Virus record (IMG/VR): IMGVR_UViG_3300028027_000001
From: a virus
Strand: one strand, 5' to 3'
DNA: 64,000 bases
Shown: positions 10,509 through 19,297 of the stretch, in pieces
Layout of the letters: each line of letters starts with the position of its first letter
Position numbering within the stretch: the stretch's first letter is position 1
Made by a program: the position numbers and the translations under genes
Notes under the pieces: generated by a model
What the model was told of the DNA's origin: nothing
Seen by the model: only the letters and a program-made list of their open reading frames with translations
The model's database searches: none

Positions 10509-11222
10509 TTAATTTTGTCCTTTTGTTTTTTCAGCATACTCCCATCTATAACCATGGGAAGTTTTCTGTTTTCCTTTCAATGCGCTAGTGATACCCCCAT
10601 TAGTGCCTTTATAACCTAAAGCATTTTCTGCCTGAGTTATTGAATCAAAACGTTGTATTATTTCTCCTTCTAAACTTAATTGATAAACTGGTTTGTTTTT
10701 CTTTTCAAAGAATGATGGTTTATGTTTTTTACCTCTTAATAAGTGGGACCTGTTAGGATATGTTCTAGATTTTCGGGTGGCTATGGTTTTATCTATGACT
10801 TCTTGGGGGACTTTATATCCTAATCTAGCTTTTGATTGGCGTTCCCTAGTTTCAATAGATCTCTTTTTCCCTTTATTAGATTGAGATCTTCTTTTATTTT
10901 GATCCTCAGTCCATACTATTCCCTTATTACCTCCTTCTCCCCCTTCACTAATGTTAACTAACATACCATTGGGATCTACATTTTTTCTCCCAAATTGTTT
11001 GATATAATTAATCTCCATTTCACATGCTTGTGATTTAGTTAAATTTTCATGAACTAATTTTACTGTGGGATCACCATGTTTTTCCACGTATCTTTTCCAT
11101 ATTGGGTTCCTCTCCCCAAAATTATAAGGTCTAGATTTAACTGATCCTATTCCTACATAAAATACTTCTTGTGTTGTAGGGTTTAGGTGAAAATAAACAA
11201 AATATATATTATCTTTTGACAT
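10509..11222 (-). CDS. GIY-YIG-like homing endonuclease with NUMOD3/NUMOD1 DNA-binding repeats
   Basis: YFVYFH...FYVGIG...R, E-xx-YI, LVNISEGGEG, NUMOD3-like repeats, C-terminal PVYQ...FDSITQA. Confidence 0.8.
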   Translation of the reverse strand: MSKDNIYFVYFHLNPTTQEVFYVGIGSVKSRPYNFGERNPIWKRYVEKHGDPTVKLVHENLTKSQACEMEINYIKQFGRKNVDPNGMLVNISEGGEGGNKGIVWTEDQNKRRSQSNKGKKRSIETRERQSKARLGYKVPQEVIDKTIATRKSRTYPNRSHLLRGKKHKPSFFEKKNKPVYQLSLEGEIIQRFDSITQAENALGYKGTNGGITSALKGKQKTSHGYRWEYAEKTKGQN

Positions 11223-11444
11223 CGTTTTTGTATGGGAATATACAAAACGATATGTTAACATCCTAGTATTCTTTCTAAAAACCTTTACTTCTTTAATTAT
11301 TTTTATTATGAATCTCTTTTAGTTAATTTAACTCTAATTACTTCTCCTTGACCGACAATGATGTTGCCTATTTTAACTGACTTATCTTTAAGATAAAATG
11401 ATGTTACCTTACCGGCTCTATTCTTAACATATATGTAAGGCATA

Positions 11445-11663
11445 TTATTCTATAGATGTTAAATACTTTAAACAATCATCGATACATTCTTCTATGGTTT
11501 CAAATCCTTCCCAACAACATTCTGCCATAATAGCATTGCCTGGGAGTTGATGGTGTTTCCATATTATTCTATTTTCCCATTCACCACCCATTCGTTTAAT
11601 GGTATTTTGGAATGATATTGAATGTCCTGATTCAAATACTTGATTAAATTTTTCTGCTAGCAT
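11445..11663 (-). CDS. hypothetical protein
   Basis: ORF track, start reassigned. Confidence 0.7.
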   Translation of the reverse strand: MLAEKFNQVFESGHSISFQNTIKRMGGEWENRIIWKHHQLPGNAIMAECCWEGFETIEECIDDCLKYLTSIE

Positions 11664-11680
11664 GTTATTTTGTCCTTTAA

Positions 11681-12064
11681 TTATAACGTTAACCATCCTC
11701 TATCAATTAAGTATCTAACAACACATTTTAGTTCTGATATTCCTTGTTTTGATAGTGATTCTTGAGCTGATTCTATGGATTCAATATCATTCTTTAATAC
11801 TCCTATTAAAAACTTATCGTTATCCCATATATCTTCAGTCCATTCTGTTCTATCAGAGTGCCGTTTATCAGTAAATTTAATAACAAGCCCGTCATAGAAC
11901 GTTTCATCATCTCGATACATTCTCTCTACTTCAAATACACACTCATCAGTTTCAAATGTTAACCCTTCAGTGTGAACTGGGTTTAGTTCGATGCTGTCTT
12001 CGGGTTGGGTTGGTTGTAAATCTTCTCTAACATACCAAACACCATTAATTTCTACTCTGTCCAT
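11681..12064 (-). CDS. hypothetical protein
   Basis: Promoter 12095, start MDRVEING. Confidence 0.8.
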   Translation of the reverse strand: MDRVEINGVWYVREDLQPTQPEDSIELNPVHTEGLTFETDECVFEVERMYRDDETFYDGLVIKFTDKRHSDRTEWTEDIWDNDKFLIGVLKNDIESIESAQESLSKQGISELKCVVRYLIDRGWLTL

Positions 12065-12106
12065 AACCATTTTTATTTATTTTTTAATTTAACTGAATAT
12101 ACGGCT

Positions 12107-12301
12107 TTATTTTTGAGTAACTTTGTCCCTCACTAATCTTACGTATCCTGTTTTCTTAAATCTACATTTATCAAATGTCATTTCATACCCTAAATCACAT
12201 ACCACAGTATATCCGTGTTGTGTTTCAGCTAGTACTTGGTATTGTTGGTTTTTAGTTAAATAATCTTCCATTCCATTAATGTAGTTCCCGTAAACAATCA
12301 T
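12107..12301 (-). CDS. hypothetical protein
   Basis: ORF track. Confidence 0.7.
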   Translation of the reverse strand: MIVYGNYINGMEDYLTKNQQYQVLAETQHGYTVVCDLGYEMTFDKCRFKKTGYVRLVRDKVTQK

Positions 12302-12327
12302 AATTAATCCGTTTTATTTAATTATAA

Positions 12328-12615
12328 CTATTTCTTTATTATTTCAAAGTTATTTAATTTTAACCATTCTAGGAATTCTACTACATCCCATTCTTTAGGA
12401 TCCAATTCCCCCATCACACCATCACCAAATTGTTCAATAAACCTATTCAAATATGAATTTTCTATTTCATCACTAAAGTGAAATTGATTATTATGAGTAA
12501 ATGCTAATGCAGTTGGTTCATTTTCAATATCTTCTTGGGTGGTTTGAGGTAATTTACCTTCTTCCCTCAATATGTCTATACGAGCAAATACTCGTGCTAT
12601 GTCTTCGTTATTCAT
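12328..12615 (-). CDS. hypothetical protein
   Basis: ORF track. Confidence 0.75.
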   Translation of the reverse strand: MNNEDIARVFARIDILREEGKLPQTTQEDIENEPTALAFTHNNQFHFSDEIENSYLNRFIEQFGDGVMGELDPKEWDVVEFLEWLKLNNFEIIKK

Positions 12616-12621
12616 AATATA

Positions 12622-13155
12622 TTATCTTTCAATTCCTAATTCTTCTAATGTTACTGGAGTGTAGTCTACATGCTCACAAGATACGCAGTGGTACCTATCG
12701 TCAGGCACTTCAGTATAAGACATTCCCGTCATCCATTCATCAACCCACTGAGTTTTCATTATCCGTTCTTCATGTATATGTCCGTGTATATTTCTAGGTA
12801 CTCTAAATTCAAGTTCACGCTCATGTACAGGACAATGTGTTAACCATAACCCTTTATATCGAATCATCCCCGATACACTATGAACATATTTTAATAGTTC
12901 GGGTATGTCTTTAGCCATATCGTGGTTACCTAATACAACGCGTTTAAGTCCGTTCATTCTGTTTAGTAATGGGTATGGTTTACTGGATTCCATAGTTACA
13001 TCACCTAAGATATAAACTGTGTCACGTTTGGATACTTTCTTATTCCATTGTGAAATAATATGTTCGTCGTGTTCTTCGGCTGTAGAGAAACCACGTTTTT
13101 TAGCCATGTTTAAGTGGCCTAGATGTAGGTCTGCTATCATAAAAACTTTACTCAT
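12622..13155 (-). CDS. calcineurin-like metallophosphoesterase
   Basis: DLHLGH, LGD, GNHD, THCP, HGHIH motifs. Confidence 0.9.
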   Translation of the reverse strand: MSKVFMIADLHLGHLNMAKKRGFSTAEEHDEHIISQWNKKVSKRDTVYILGDVTMESSKPYPLLNRMNGLKRVVLGNHDMAKDIPELLKYVHSVSGMIRYKGLWLTHCPVHERELEFRVPRNIHGHIHEERIMKTQWVDEWMTGMSYTEVPDDRYHCVSCEHVDYTPVTLEELGIER

Positions 13156-13193
13156 AACTTTAATTTTTATTGAATATACGAACTATATTTTAA

Positions 13194-13646
13194 TTATTTT
13201 AGTCCTTCTCTCACTTCTTTAATATGTTTACAATTCTGTTTTGATCGAATGGCACCAAAACAATTACATTTTAATCCATTCGGTGTCATTCTTACCTCAT
13301 AAAAACCACCACCACTAGATGATTCAAATTTCCAGGTTTTAGGTTTTTCGATTGGTTTAGGTTCGGTAACCGGTTTTTCTCCAATAATATCTAAATCTTT
13401 GTATCGAGTGTGAGGAACACATTCAATTCCGTATGGAATTATTACCCATTTATTCAAAGCAGCATAATGTACAACGCCTATCGCTTTGGTAGGATGTTTA
13501 GGTACCTTATATTTGAACGGTTTATGATATGCGGACTGGATATTGTCGCGTTGTGGGTATAAAATGGCTTGCTCACCTGGTTTGGTGTGTATTATTTTGT
13601 GTTCGGTTCTACCGTCTTTGTATTCGATGTGGAGTTCGTGTAACAT
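13194..13646 (-). CDS. SWIM zinc-finger protein
   Basis: C-terminal CNC-x9-CKH; start MLHELH after promoter 13667. Confidence 0.8.
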   Translation of the reverse strand: MLHELHIEYKDGRTEHKIIHTKPGEQAILYPQRDNIQSAYHKPFKYKVPKHPTKAIGVVHYAALNKWVIIPYGIECVPHTRYKDLDIIGEKPVTEPKPIEKPKTWKFESSSGGGFYEVRMTPNGLKCNCFGAIRSKQNCKHIKEVREGLK

Positions 13647-13701
13647 AACCTTTATTTTTATAAGTGGAATATACGAAAGGATTATCGGTAATAAGCGTCC
13701 T

Positions 13702-13902
13702 TTATTGGCTGTATTTCTCACTAGCTTTTAAGGCACTTGGAAGATAATCCCAACAACCACCTGTATTAACTTCTTTACCATTAACAGACATTATGGTATA
13801 GGCCCATTCATTATAGTGATTTTGTTCATGAATAATAACAGAATCCCCTTTTGAATTTTTAGTGTGGATTTTTCTGTAAGAAACATATTTATTTTTACCC
13901 AT
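13702..13902 (-). CDS. hypothetical protein
   Basis: ORF track. Confidence 0.7.
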   Translation of the reverse strand: MGKNKYVSYRKIHTKNSKGDSVIIHEQNHYNEWAYTIMSVNGKEVNTGGCWDYLPSALKASEKYSQ

Positions 13903-13904
13903 GA

Positions 13905-14417
13905 TTAATTTATTTTAGGATTACTAATTAAATTAGATTCTTCACCCCAAGAAGTTACCATTAAAAAACCTCCTTTAACTTTGCAAAAGACTATAGGATC
14001 AGGATCAAATTCAGCCGCGGCTCCAAACATAGTATGTGGAGCTAAAATATGGAAATGTGCTATTATTGAAGAACCATCAGATAACCACTCTCCTTCTGTT
14101 AAGTATTTTTTATCAATTTTAAAATTAAGAATGTCTTGTATATTTTTATATGGTATTGAATAAATATAATTATTAGATGTTCTAAATCTTAAATTTTGGT
14201 TTTCTACTAAAATTTCATTTATATTTTCTTCAGTTACAAATGGATTTTGAGGGAATAATAATTCATATACTCTAATTAAATCTTTAAACTCTTCTCGAAT
14301 TAAAAAATCATCAACTGTGGTTGTTTTATTAAACCCTAAATCAATAAGTTTTTTACAATCATCAATTGTTAACTCATTGGATTGTTTAATTTTTTCTAAA
14401 ACTAATTCTTTTAACAT
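13905..14417 (-). CDS. hypothetical protein
   Basis: ORF track, C-terminal DPIVF...WG motif. Confidence 0.8.
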   Translation of the reverse strand: MLKELVLEKIKQSNELTIDDCKKLIDLGFNKTTTVDDFLIREEFKDLIRVYELLFPQNPFVTEENINEILVENQNLRFRTSNNYIYSIPYKNIQDILNFKIDKKYLTEGEWLSDGSSIIAHFHILAPHTMFGAAAEFDPDPIVFCKVKGGFLMVTSWGEESNLISNPKIN

Positions 14418-14466
14418 AACCTTTATTTTTTGTAAGTGAAATATATGATATTATTAGGGATAATTA

Positions 14467-14670
14467 TTAGATGCTATTATTGTATGTTTCACTGTAATAC
14501 TTATACCCTGTTTTAAATTCCTCTTCTTGTAGTTTTGCCTCTACCTTACCACATCTGTACGCGCGTACTATTTGGTGTTTTTCCATTTGAAATGCTTGAT
14601 CAACTAAATCAGATTCAATAAATCTTGTTTTATGTATTTCAGATATTAACCATTCTACTGCTGTTTTCAT
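14467..14670 (-). CDS. hypothetical protein (MKTAVEWL family)
   Basis: ORF track, promoter 14687. Confidence 0.8.
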   Translation of the reverse strand: MKTAVEWLISEIHKTRFIESDLVDQAFQMEKHQIVRAYRCGKVEAKLQEEEFKTGYKYYSETYNNSI

Positions 14671-14724
14671 ATTTTTTTATTTGATTAAATATACGAAAGG
14701 ATTATCGGTAATAGACGTCCTTTA

Positions 14725-14994
14725 TCATTTATTTTTATATTCGTCAATATAATAAGCACAACCAAAAATTAACCCTACTAATAGTAAAATTCTATCAACC
14801 CAAGTTGCACCTACGAAAGGTAGTGGAAAGTGTGTGGGTAATTTCCCCGTTACAAAACTACCAATGATTAATAAACTATACATCAAACCATAGAATGCAT
14901 AGAATGGTGCTAGAACCATATGAAATACATTTATGTATTTAAATAATGTTTTAAAGAACATTACAATACCTAGTGAATTAAATAAATCTTTCAT
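14725..14994 (-). CDS. membrane protein
   Basis: Start reassigned to MKDLF after promoter 15015; hydrophobic helices. Confidence 0.7.
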   Translation of the reverse strand: MKDLFNSLGIVMFFKTLFKYINVFHMVLAPFYAFYGLMYSLLIIGSFVTGKLPTHFPLPFVGATWVDRILLLVGLIFGCAYYIDEYKNK

Positions 14995-15138
14995 AACTTT
15001 TAATTTTATAGGTGAAATATATGAATAAAAAATGGAGAACAAACGTCCTCCATTAAAATCCAAGATAGTTAGCTCATTTCTATCCCACGTGTTTGTTCGG
15101 AAGTTCACTCTCCTTGATATGCATTGTGTGGTGGATTT

Positions 15139-15354
15139 TTATAATTTAAAAAATCGTTTTTTATAAAAACTGTGTGGTGATTGTACATCATCATGCCATT
15201 CATCGTATGGCCGAGCATGGAAGCCACCAAATGATAATGATTTGTAAATAACTAATACTTCATCTGTTGTTGTGTGGTTACACATTCCAACTATTTCGTA
15301 CTGGCCCCCTTTATAGTGCTGCCAAATTTCTCCTGGTTGTGGGTATTTTTTCAT
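15139..15354 (-). CDS. DUF1653-family protein
   Basis: G-x-WQHYKGG-Y, H-TT-E-LVIY, ARP motif. Confidence 0.8.
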   Translation of the reverse strand: MKKYPQPGEIWQHYKGGQYEIVGMCNHTTTDEVLVIYKSLSFGGFHARPYDEWHDDVQSPHSFYKKRFFKL

Positions 15355-15358
15355 AATT

Positions 15359-15847
15359 TTAATGGTTTACTATATTTTGTAGTGCATTGTGAATTGCATT
15401 ATATCGTGAAGCATATTCTAAATATTCTTCTTCTGGTATTTGTGTGTATTCTTTTAATTGTTTTTCAGTATATGATGAATTAACATGTCCTGATTCAAAT
15501 TCTCTGTGATTAACACCCATTATGGAATTAAAATTATATATATCACCGTTTAATGCATAAGTGCGTTCCCATCTGTCTGTATATGATTCTGGGTTAATTG
15601 ATTTGATATACATAACAGATAATTCTGTTGCACCAAACCTGCTATCATTATCATGAAATTTTAAATATACATTTGTATATCTTTTAATTACCTTATTATC
15701 TTGTTTTATAAGATTTTCTTCATATTTCTCAATATTACTACTAGCTTTTTCTAATAAATCTTTTACTGACATGTTTTTATCAATATCAGAATTTTCTAAT
15801 ATTTCAATTAATTGTCTACTTTTACGAATATTTACAACATCTTTCAT
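15359..15847 (-). CDS. hypothetical protein
   Basis: ORF track. Confidence 0.8.
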   Translation of the reverse strand: MKDVVNIRKSRQLIEILENSDIDKNMSVKDLLEKASSNIEKYEENLIKQDNKVIKRYTNVYLKFHDNDSRFGATELSVMYIKSINPESYTDRWERTYALNGDIYNFNSIMGVNHREFESGHVNSSYTEKQLKEYTQIPEEEYLEYASRYNAIHNALQNIVNH

Positions 15848-15859
15848 AATTTTATTTTT

Positions 15860-16054
15860 CTATAATTTTATTGATTTAATTTCTCCAGTTTTAACAAACT
15901 CCTCTAACAACTCAACAAATTTAATTGCAATTTGTTTTTTTAATGCTTTTTTCTTTTTACGAGGTAAAAATTCTAATTGTATCACCTCGGGAATAAATGG
16001 TACTAGCATTTCAGTTTCGAAATACAATTTCTTTTTAGTTACTTTTGCTTTCAT
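15860..16054 (-). CDS. hypothetical protein
   Basis: ORF track, ATGA coupling. Confidence 0.7.
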   Translation of the reverse strand: MKAKVTKKKLYFETEMLVPFIPEVIQLEFLPRKKKKALKKQIAIKFVELLEEFVKTGEIKSIKL

Positions 16055-16311
16055 GACAATTTAATTCTAGGTTCATAAGTTGATGTATTTTGGAGTGCTT
16101 GTCTATACTTAATGTATAATTCGTTTAATACTTCATGGTAAAAATTTAAACTTTCCTCAGTTTGTAATATGTCTTCAATAGCCATTTCCACTAAGAAAAT
16201 TGTATCTTCAATTTGCCTTAAACCCCAATAACCCATTAAATCATCTGGTTGTTTGTTTAATGGTGTTTCGTTAATAAGCCTATATGCTTCTGTTTTTGCG
16301 TCTAATGTCAT
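16051..16311 (-). CDS. hypothetical protein
   Basis: ORF track. Confidence 0.75.
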   Translation of the reverse strand: MTLDAKTEAYRLINETPLNKQPDDLMGYWGLRQIEDTIFLVEMAIEDILQTEESLNFYHEVLNELYIKYRQALQNTSTYEPRIKLS

Positions 16312-16316
16312 AACTT

Positions 16317-16544
16317 TTATTTTTTTAAATCAATAATCCAATTTCCTATTTGGTATAATAATCGTAGCATTAAGTAAATGTAACCTATAGCTATTACTAC
16401 AAACATTCCGTTAAAAAATACGACAATAATATCTTTTCTATTTATTTCACGGATTGAATCCATCATAAAAAGCCATAGTAAACCTATAAAATAAACTATA
16501 GTACATACTCCTATTACACCCAATAATCCCATTAAAATTTCCAT
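16317..16544 (-). CDS. two-TM membrane protein
   Basis: Hydrophobic segments. Confidence 0.7.
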   Translation of the reverse strand: MEILMGLLGVIGVCTIVYFIGLLWLFMMDSIREINRKDIIVVFFNGMFVVIAIGYIYLMLRLLYQIGNWIIDLKK

Positions 16545-16549
16545 AACCT

Positions 16550-16882
16550 TTATTTATTGATGAAATATACGCTTTTTACTTTATTTGCTTCCATCCTTCT
16601 TTCTTGTTCTTTATGAAATTCAATTACATCATTTGCTTCTTGTTCGGTATGGAAAGGTGAAGGTGGGATGTGGTGGTGGATACTTATTGCTAATATTGTA
16701 CGTTTACTATTTATGGGTATAATATCTAGCTCCTCTACATATTGGGGATATAAGTATTTCCAATCTAACCAAGGATAAACTGAATGTTTACCGATTGTTA
16801 ATTTGGGTGTTGCTACTTGAGGGATGTATTGTTTTTCACCGTTGTTTTTCTCCTCTACTTTAATTCTGTATTCGTATCTCAT
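16550..16882 (-). CDS. hypothetical protein
   Basis: ORF track. Confidence 0.75.
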   Translation of the reverse strand: MRYEYRIKVEEKNNGEKQYIPQVATPKLTIGKHSVYPWLDWKYLYPQYVEELDIIPINSKRTILAISIHHHIPPSPFHTEQEANDVIEFHKEQERRMEANKVKSVYFINK

Positions 16883-16886
16883 AACC

Positions 16887-17108
16887 TTATTTTAATTTAT
16901 TTAAACAGTTTTTACATAGTATATCTTCAGAAATAATTTCTCTAGTGGGTTCTTTTAAAGGTAAATATAAAGCCCAATTCACATTTTCATATTGAATATA
17001 AGCCCAATTAAAATTTCTTGATTTAACATTGCATAGGGAGGCATTATTTGTAGTTCCTTCGAATAGATGCCACTTTTTGCTGGTAATACCTAAATTATAT
17101 TTTTTCAT
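16887..17108 (-). CDS. hypothetical protein (possible Zn-binding H..C..CxxC)
   Basis: ORF track. Confidence 0.7.
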   Translation of the reverse strand: MKKYNLGITSKKWHLFEGTTNNASLCNVKSRNFNWAYIQYENVNWALYLPLKEPTREIISEDILCKNCLNKLK

Positions 17109-17311
17109 GACTTCATATCTAATTTTAATCTGTTGATAGGCAATAAACTGATTTGTTTATATTCTCTGCTATTTGGATATGGTTGATAAGTAGCTGATGG
17201 GTGGATACAATAGGCCTCATTGTTATTGGTTGGGTTTAATCCTATAAAAATAAAAGTTAATCCACCCGCATATTTAACTCTATCACCATTCTTAAAATCT
17301 ATATTTTCCAT
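17105..17311 (-). CDS. hypothetical protein
   Basis: ORF track. Confidence 0.7.
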   Translation of the reverse strand: MENIDFKNGDRVKYAGGLTFIFIGLNPTNNNEAYCIHPSATYQPYPNSREYKQISLLPINRLKLDMKS

Positions 17312-17317
17312 AACTTT

Positions 17318-17602
17318 TTATTTTATTGCATTAGATAATTGTGATTGAGCTTCTAGATAAACATCATTGAAATGTTTTTCTGTAGTTAAGCATGTTTCAA
17401 AAATATAATTTTCTACTTGGAAATTCTCCTCTATGGATATAGTTAATTGATTCCATTCGTGTTTAATGGTGATTTTGTTATGTTCTGTAATTTTAACCAA
17501 TTCATCTAGACCCATTTCATCCTGAAAATATAAATACACGGGTAAATCTAAATTTGTTTCAATTTCTTCTACTTTTCTTTTAATTACTTTTAGTTTACTC
17601 AT
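17318..17602 (-). CDS. hypothetical protein
   Basis: ORF track, promoter 17619. Confidence 0.75.
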   Translation of the reverse strand: MSKLKVIKRKVEEIETNLDLPVYLYFQDEMGLDELVKITEHNKITIKHEWNQLTISIEENFQVENYIFETCLTTEKHFNDVYLEAQSQLSNAIK

Positions 17603-17651
17603 AACCTTATTTTTGATTGAATATACGAAAAAATATTTGGTAAGACAAATG

Positions 17652-17675
17652 AAGGCGACAATTTCTTGCCGCCTT
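17652..17675 (-). terminator. hairpin closing the ncRNA cluster
   Basis: AAGGCGGCAA-GAAA-TTGTCGCCTT then CATTTG. Confidence 0.6.
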
Positions 17676-17801
17676 ACTTACTAGGTCACCGATGCCTCCT
17701 AGCGTGATGGGTTATTTAATGTCATTTTGTCTAATTTCACTTTACGTGACATAGTCGCAGGGTCCCATTTAACTGACAAAACCCGATTCGGTATTAAGGT
17801 G

Positions 17802-17909
17802 TAGTTAGGACAGGATTCGAACCTGTGCAGGGTGTCATCCCCCGGAGCATCTAAAGTTTTGACGTACTTATTATTGAGCTCCTGCATTACCACTTTCTGC
17901 CATCTAACT
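17802..17909 (-). ncRNA. tRNA-like RNA 3 (29-nt anticodon loop)
   Basis: AGTTAGA/CCTAACT+A, D-arm GCA-GAAAGTGGTAA-TGC, GGAGC/GCTCC stem, variable arm GGG-ATGACA-CCC, T-arm ACAGG-TTCGAAT-CCTGT. Confidence 0.8.
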
Positions 17910-18053
17910 ATTCCATAAATTGGTTCCGTAAGCATTTTTTGATATTGAAATTCTTATTACTACAAAAGGCAGTTGAATAACAATTTGCCCATCATAACAA
18001 ATACCTAAAGTTATTTGCCATTTTCTATAAATGCTTAATCTATATTCTCCCAT
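17904..18053 (-). CDS. small hypothetical protein (49 aa) inside the ncRNA cluster
   Basis: MGEYRLSIYRKWQITLGIC...WNS*, A-rich leader; TAG lies in the acceptor stem of tRNA-like RNA 3. Confidence 0.55.
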   Translation of the reverse strand: MGEYRLSIYRKWQITLGICYDGQIVIQLPFVVIRISISKNAYGTNLWNS

Positions 18054-18074
18054 TATATTTATTTTAATTTTTAG

Positions 18075-18140
18075 TAGTTAGGATAGGAATTGAACCTACT
18101 GCCGATTTTTCACGAGGGCCACCATTGCCACTACCTAACT
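18075..18140 (-). ncRNA. tRNA-like RNA 4 (shortened, 66 nt)
   Basis: AGTTAGG/CCTAACT+A acceptor, T-arm GTAGG-TTCAATT-CCTAT, reduced central part. Confidence 0.65.
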
Positions 18141-18259
18141 TTAAACCAAATGCTTTAGTCGCCCGGAATCCATCTGGGGCTTATTACTAGATAACTTGTA
18201 GCTTACTTACCATGGTTCATACCGTTGCTACTAGGAAACCCAACATTGCATTTTATTAG

Positions 18260-18370
18260 TGGTGAGAACAGGACTCGAACCTATATGATAGCTGCAAGCA
18301 GTCTCCACGCTGGATACATTTTAGTGCACCATAACTATCTTTTCGCGTCTACCAATTCCGCCATCTCACC
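18260..18370 (-). ncRNA. tRNA-like RNA 5 (Leu-type D-arm, branched insert)
   Basis: GGTGAGA/TCTCACC+A, GCG-GAATTGGTAGA-CGC, GATAGTT/AGCTATC enclosing about 39 nt, T-arm ATAGG-TTCGAGT-CCTGT. Confidence 0.8.
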
Positions 18371-18538
18371 TTAATTACAGTAGGTTGTAAGGTACTTGTT
18401 AGTTAGACTTTCTCTTACCCCTTTATTAACCTGTATCAAAAATTTTTATTTTGGACCTAACTGGTGGAAACTTGAAAAAACCACCTCACGTATAGTACAC
18501 TCACCTAAGAACTACCAAAGACTTATGCCTAACTGTCG

Positions 18539-18617
18539 TAGTCAGATTAGGACTCGAACCTAAATTAAGATGCCTATTGGACTCATACTTCTCCTATTCC
18601 AATTAGAGGATCTGACT
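18539..18617 (-). ncRNA. tRNA-like RNA 6 (11-nt loop)
   Basis: AGTCAGA/TCTGACT+A, CTC-TAATTGGAATAG-GAG, T-arm TTAGG-TTCGAGT-CCTAA. Confidence 0.7.
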
Positions 18618-18782
18618 ATAAAAAACAGGAAGCACCTGTTCAGATCTTGGACACTAGTATACTTATCCTCCTGTTTCGCCACCCATGCCTTTGGGTCAAT
18701 CTGTTTTGTAGTTTTATGTTTTCACATCTACATGACTTTAACTACAAAAGTACGCGTAGTAATTTAATTCCCCACGCGGAAT

Positions 18783-18859
18783 GAGGTTGAGAGCCTCTGT
18801 GTTGTAATATATCAATTTAACATTCTTAATATTTATTCACTTCTCACATGAACAACACA
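18783..18859 (-). ncRNA. kissing-loop structured RNA, copy 1
   Basis: TGTGTTGT/ACAACACA stem, TGAGAA loop, 3-prime hairpin GAGG-CTCTCAA-CCTC. Confidence 0.6.
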
Positions 18860-18946
18860 TATAACCAGTCGCTCGCTTTAGAGTCAGCCACCCACTAATG
18901 GATCGCACAGGAATCTAATTTCTCACACCTGTACTGATTATTATTT

Positions 18947-19040
18947 GAGGTTGAGAACCACTGTGTTGTGAGTAAGATTCTTACTTTTCAGTATGTTTCT
19001 CTCCTTTACCTTCTTACGCCTTTCTCAAGGGAACAACACA
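18947..19040 (-). ncRNA. kissing-loop structured RNA, copy 2
   Basis: Same closing stem and loops, different interior. Confidence 0.6.
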
Positions 19041-19067
19041 TTTCTTTTTATACCTAAATATACGAAT

Positions 19068-19295
19068 TTATTCTGTAATCTCCAAATTTTCTTCTTCAAT
19101 AATCTCAGCTTCTTGAACTGTTTCTACAAATAAATAATGTGTTTCATTTCGTAAAACATGATCAACAAATGGTAAATAGTCTCTCCATGCCTTAATTTTG
19201 TCGGCATCTAATTGACCGTCTTTATTAATAAAGAACGTGTGAGCAATGCGTCTTCTTACAAGATAACATCGATCATTGTGTTTGTATAGTTCCAT
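19068..19295 (-). CDS. hypothetical protein
   Basis: ORF track. Confidence 0.8.
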   Translation of the reverse strand: MELYKHNDRCYLVRRRIAHTFFINKDGQLDADKIKAWRDYLPFVDHVLRNETHYLFVETVQEAEIIEEENLEITE

Positions 19296-19297
19296 GT

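Noticed and set aside
17699-17935. Minus-strand 78-aa ORF
   Set aside because: Runs through tRNA-like RNA 3 and structured RNA, with no typical start context
18570-18767. Plus-strand 65-aa ORF
   Set aside because: Antisense to the ncRNA array, no promoter
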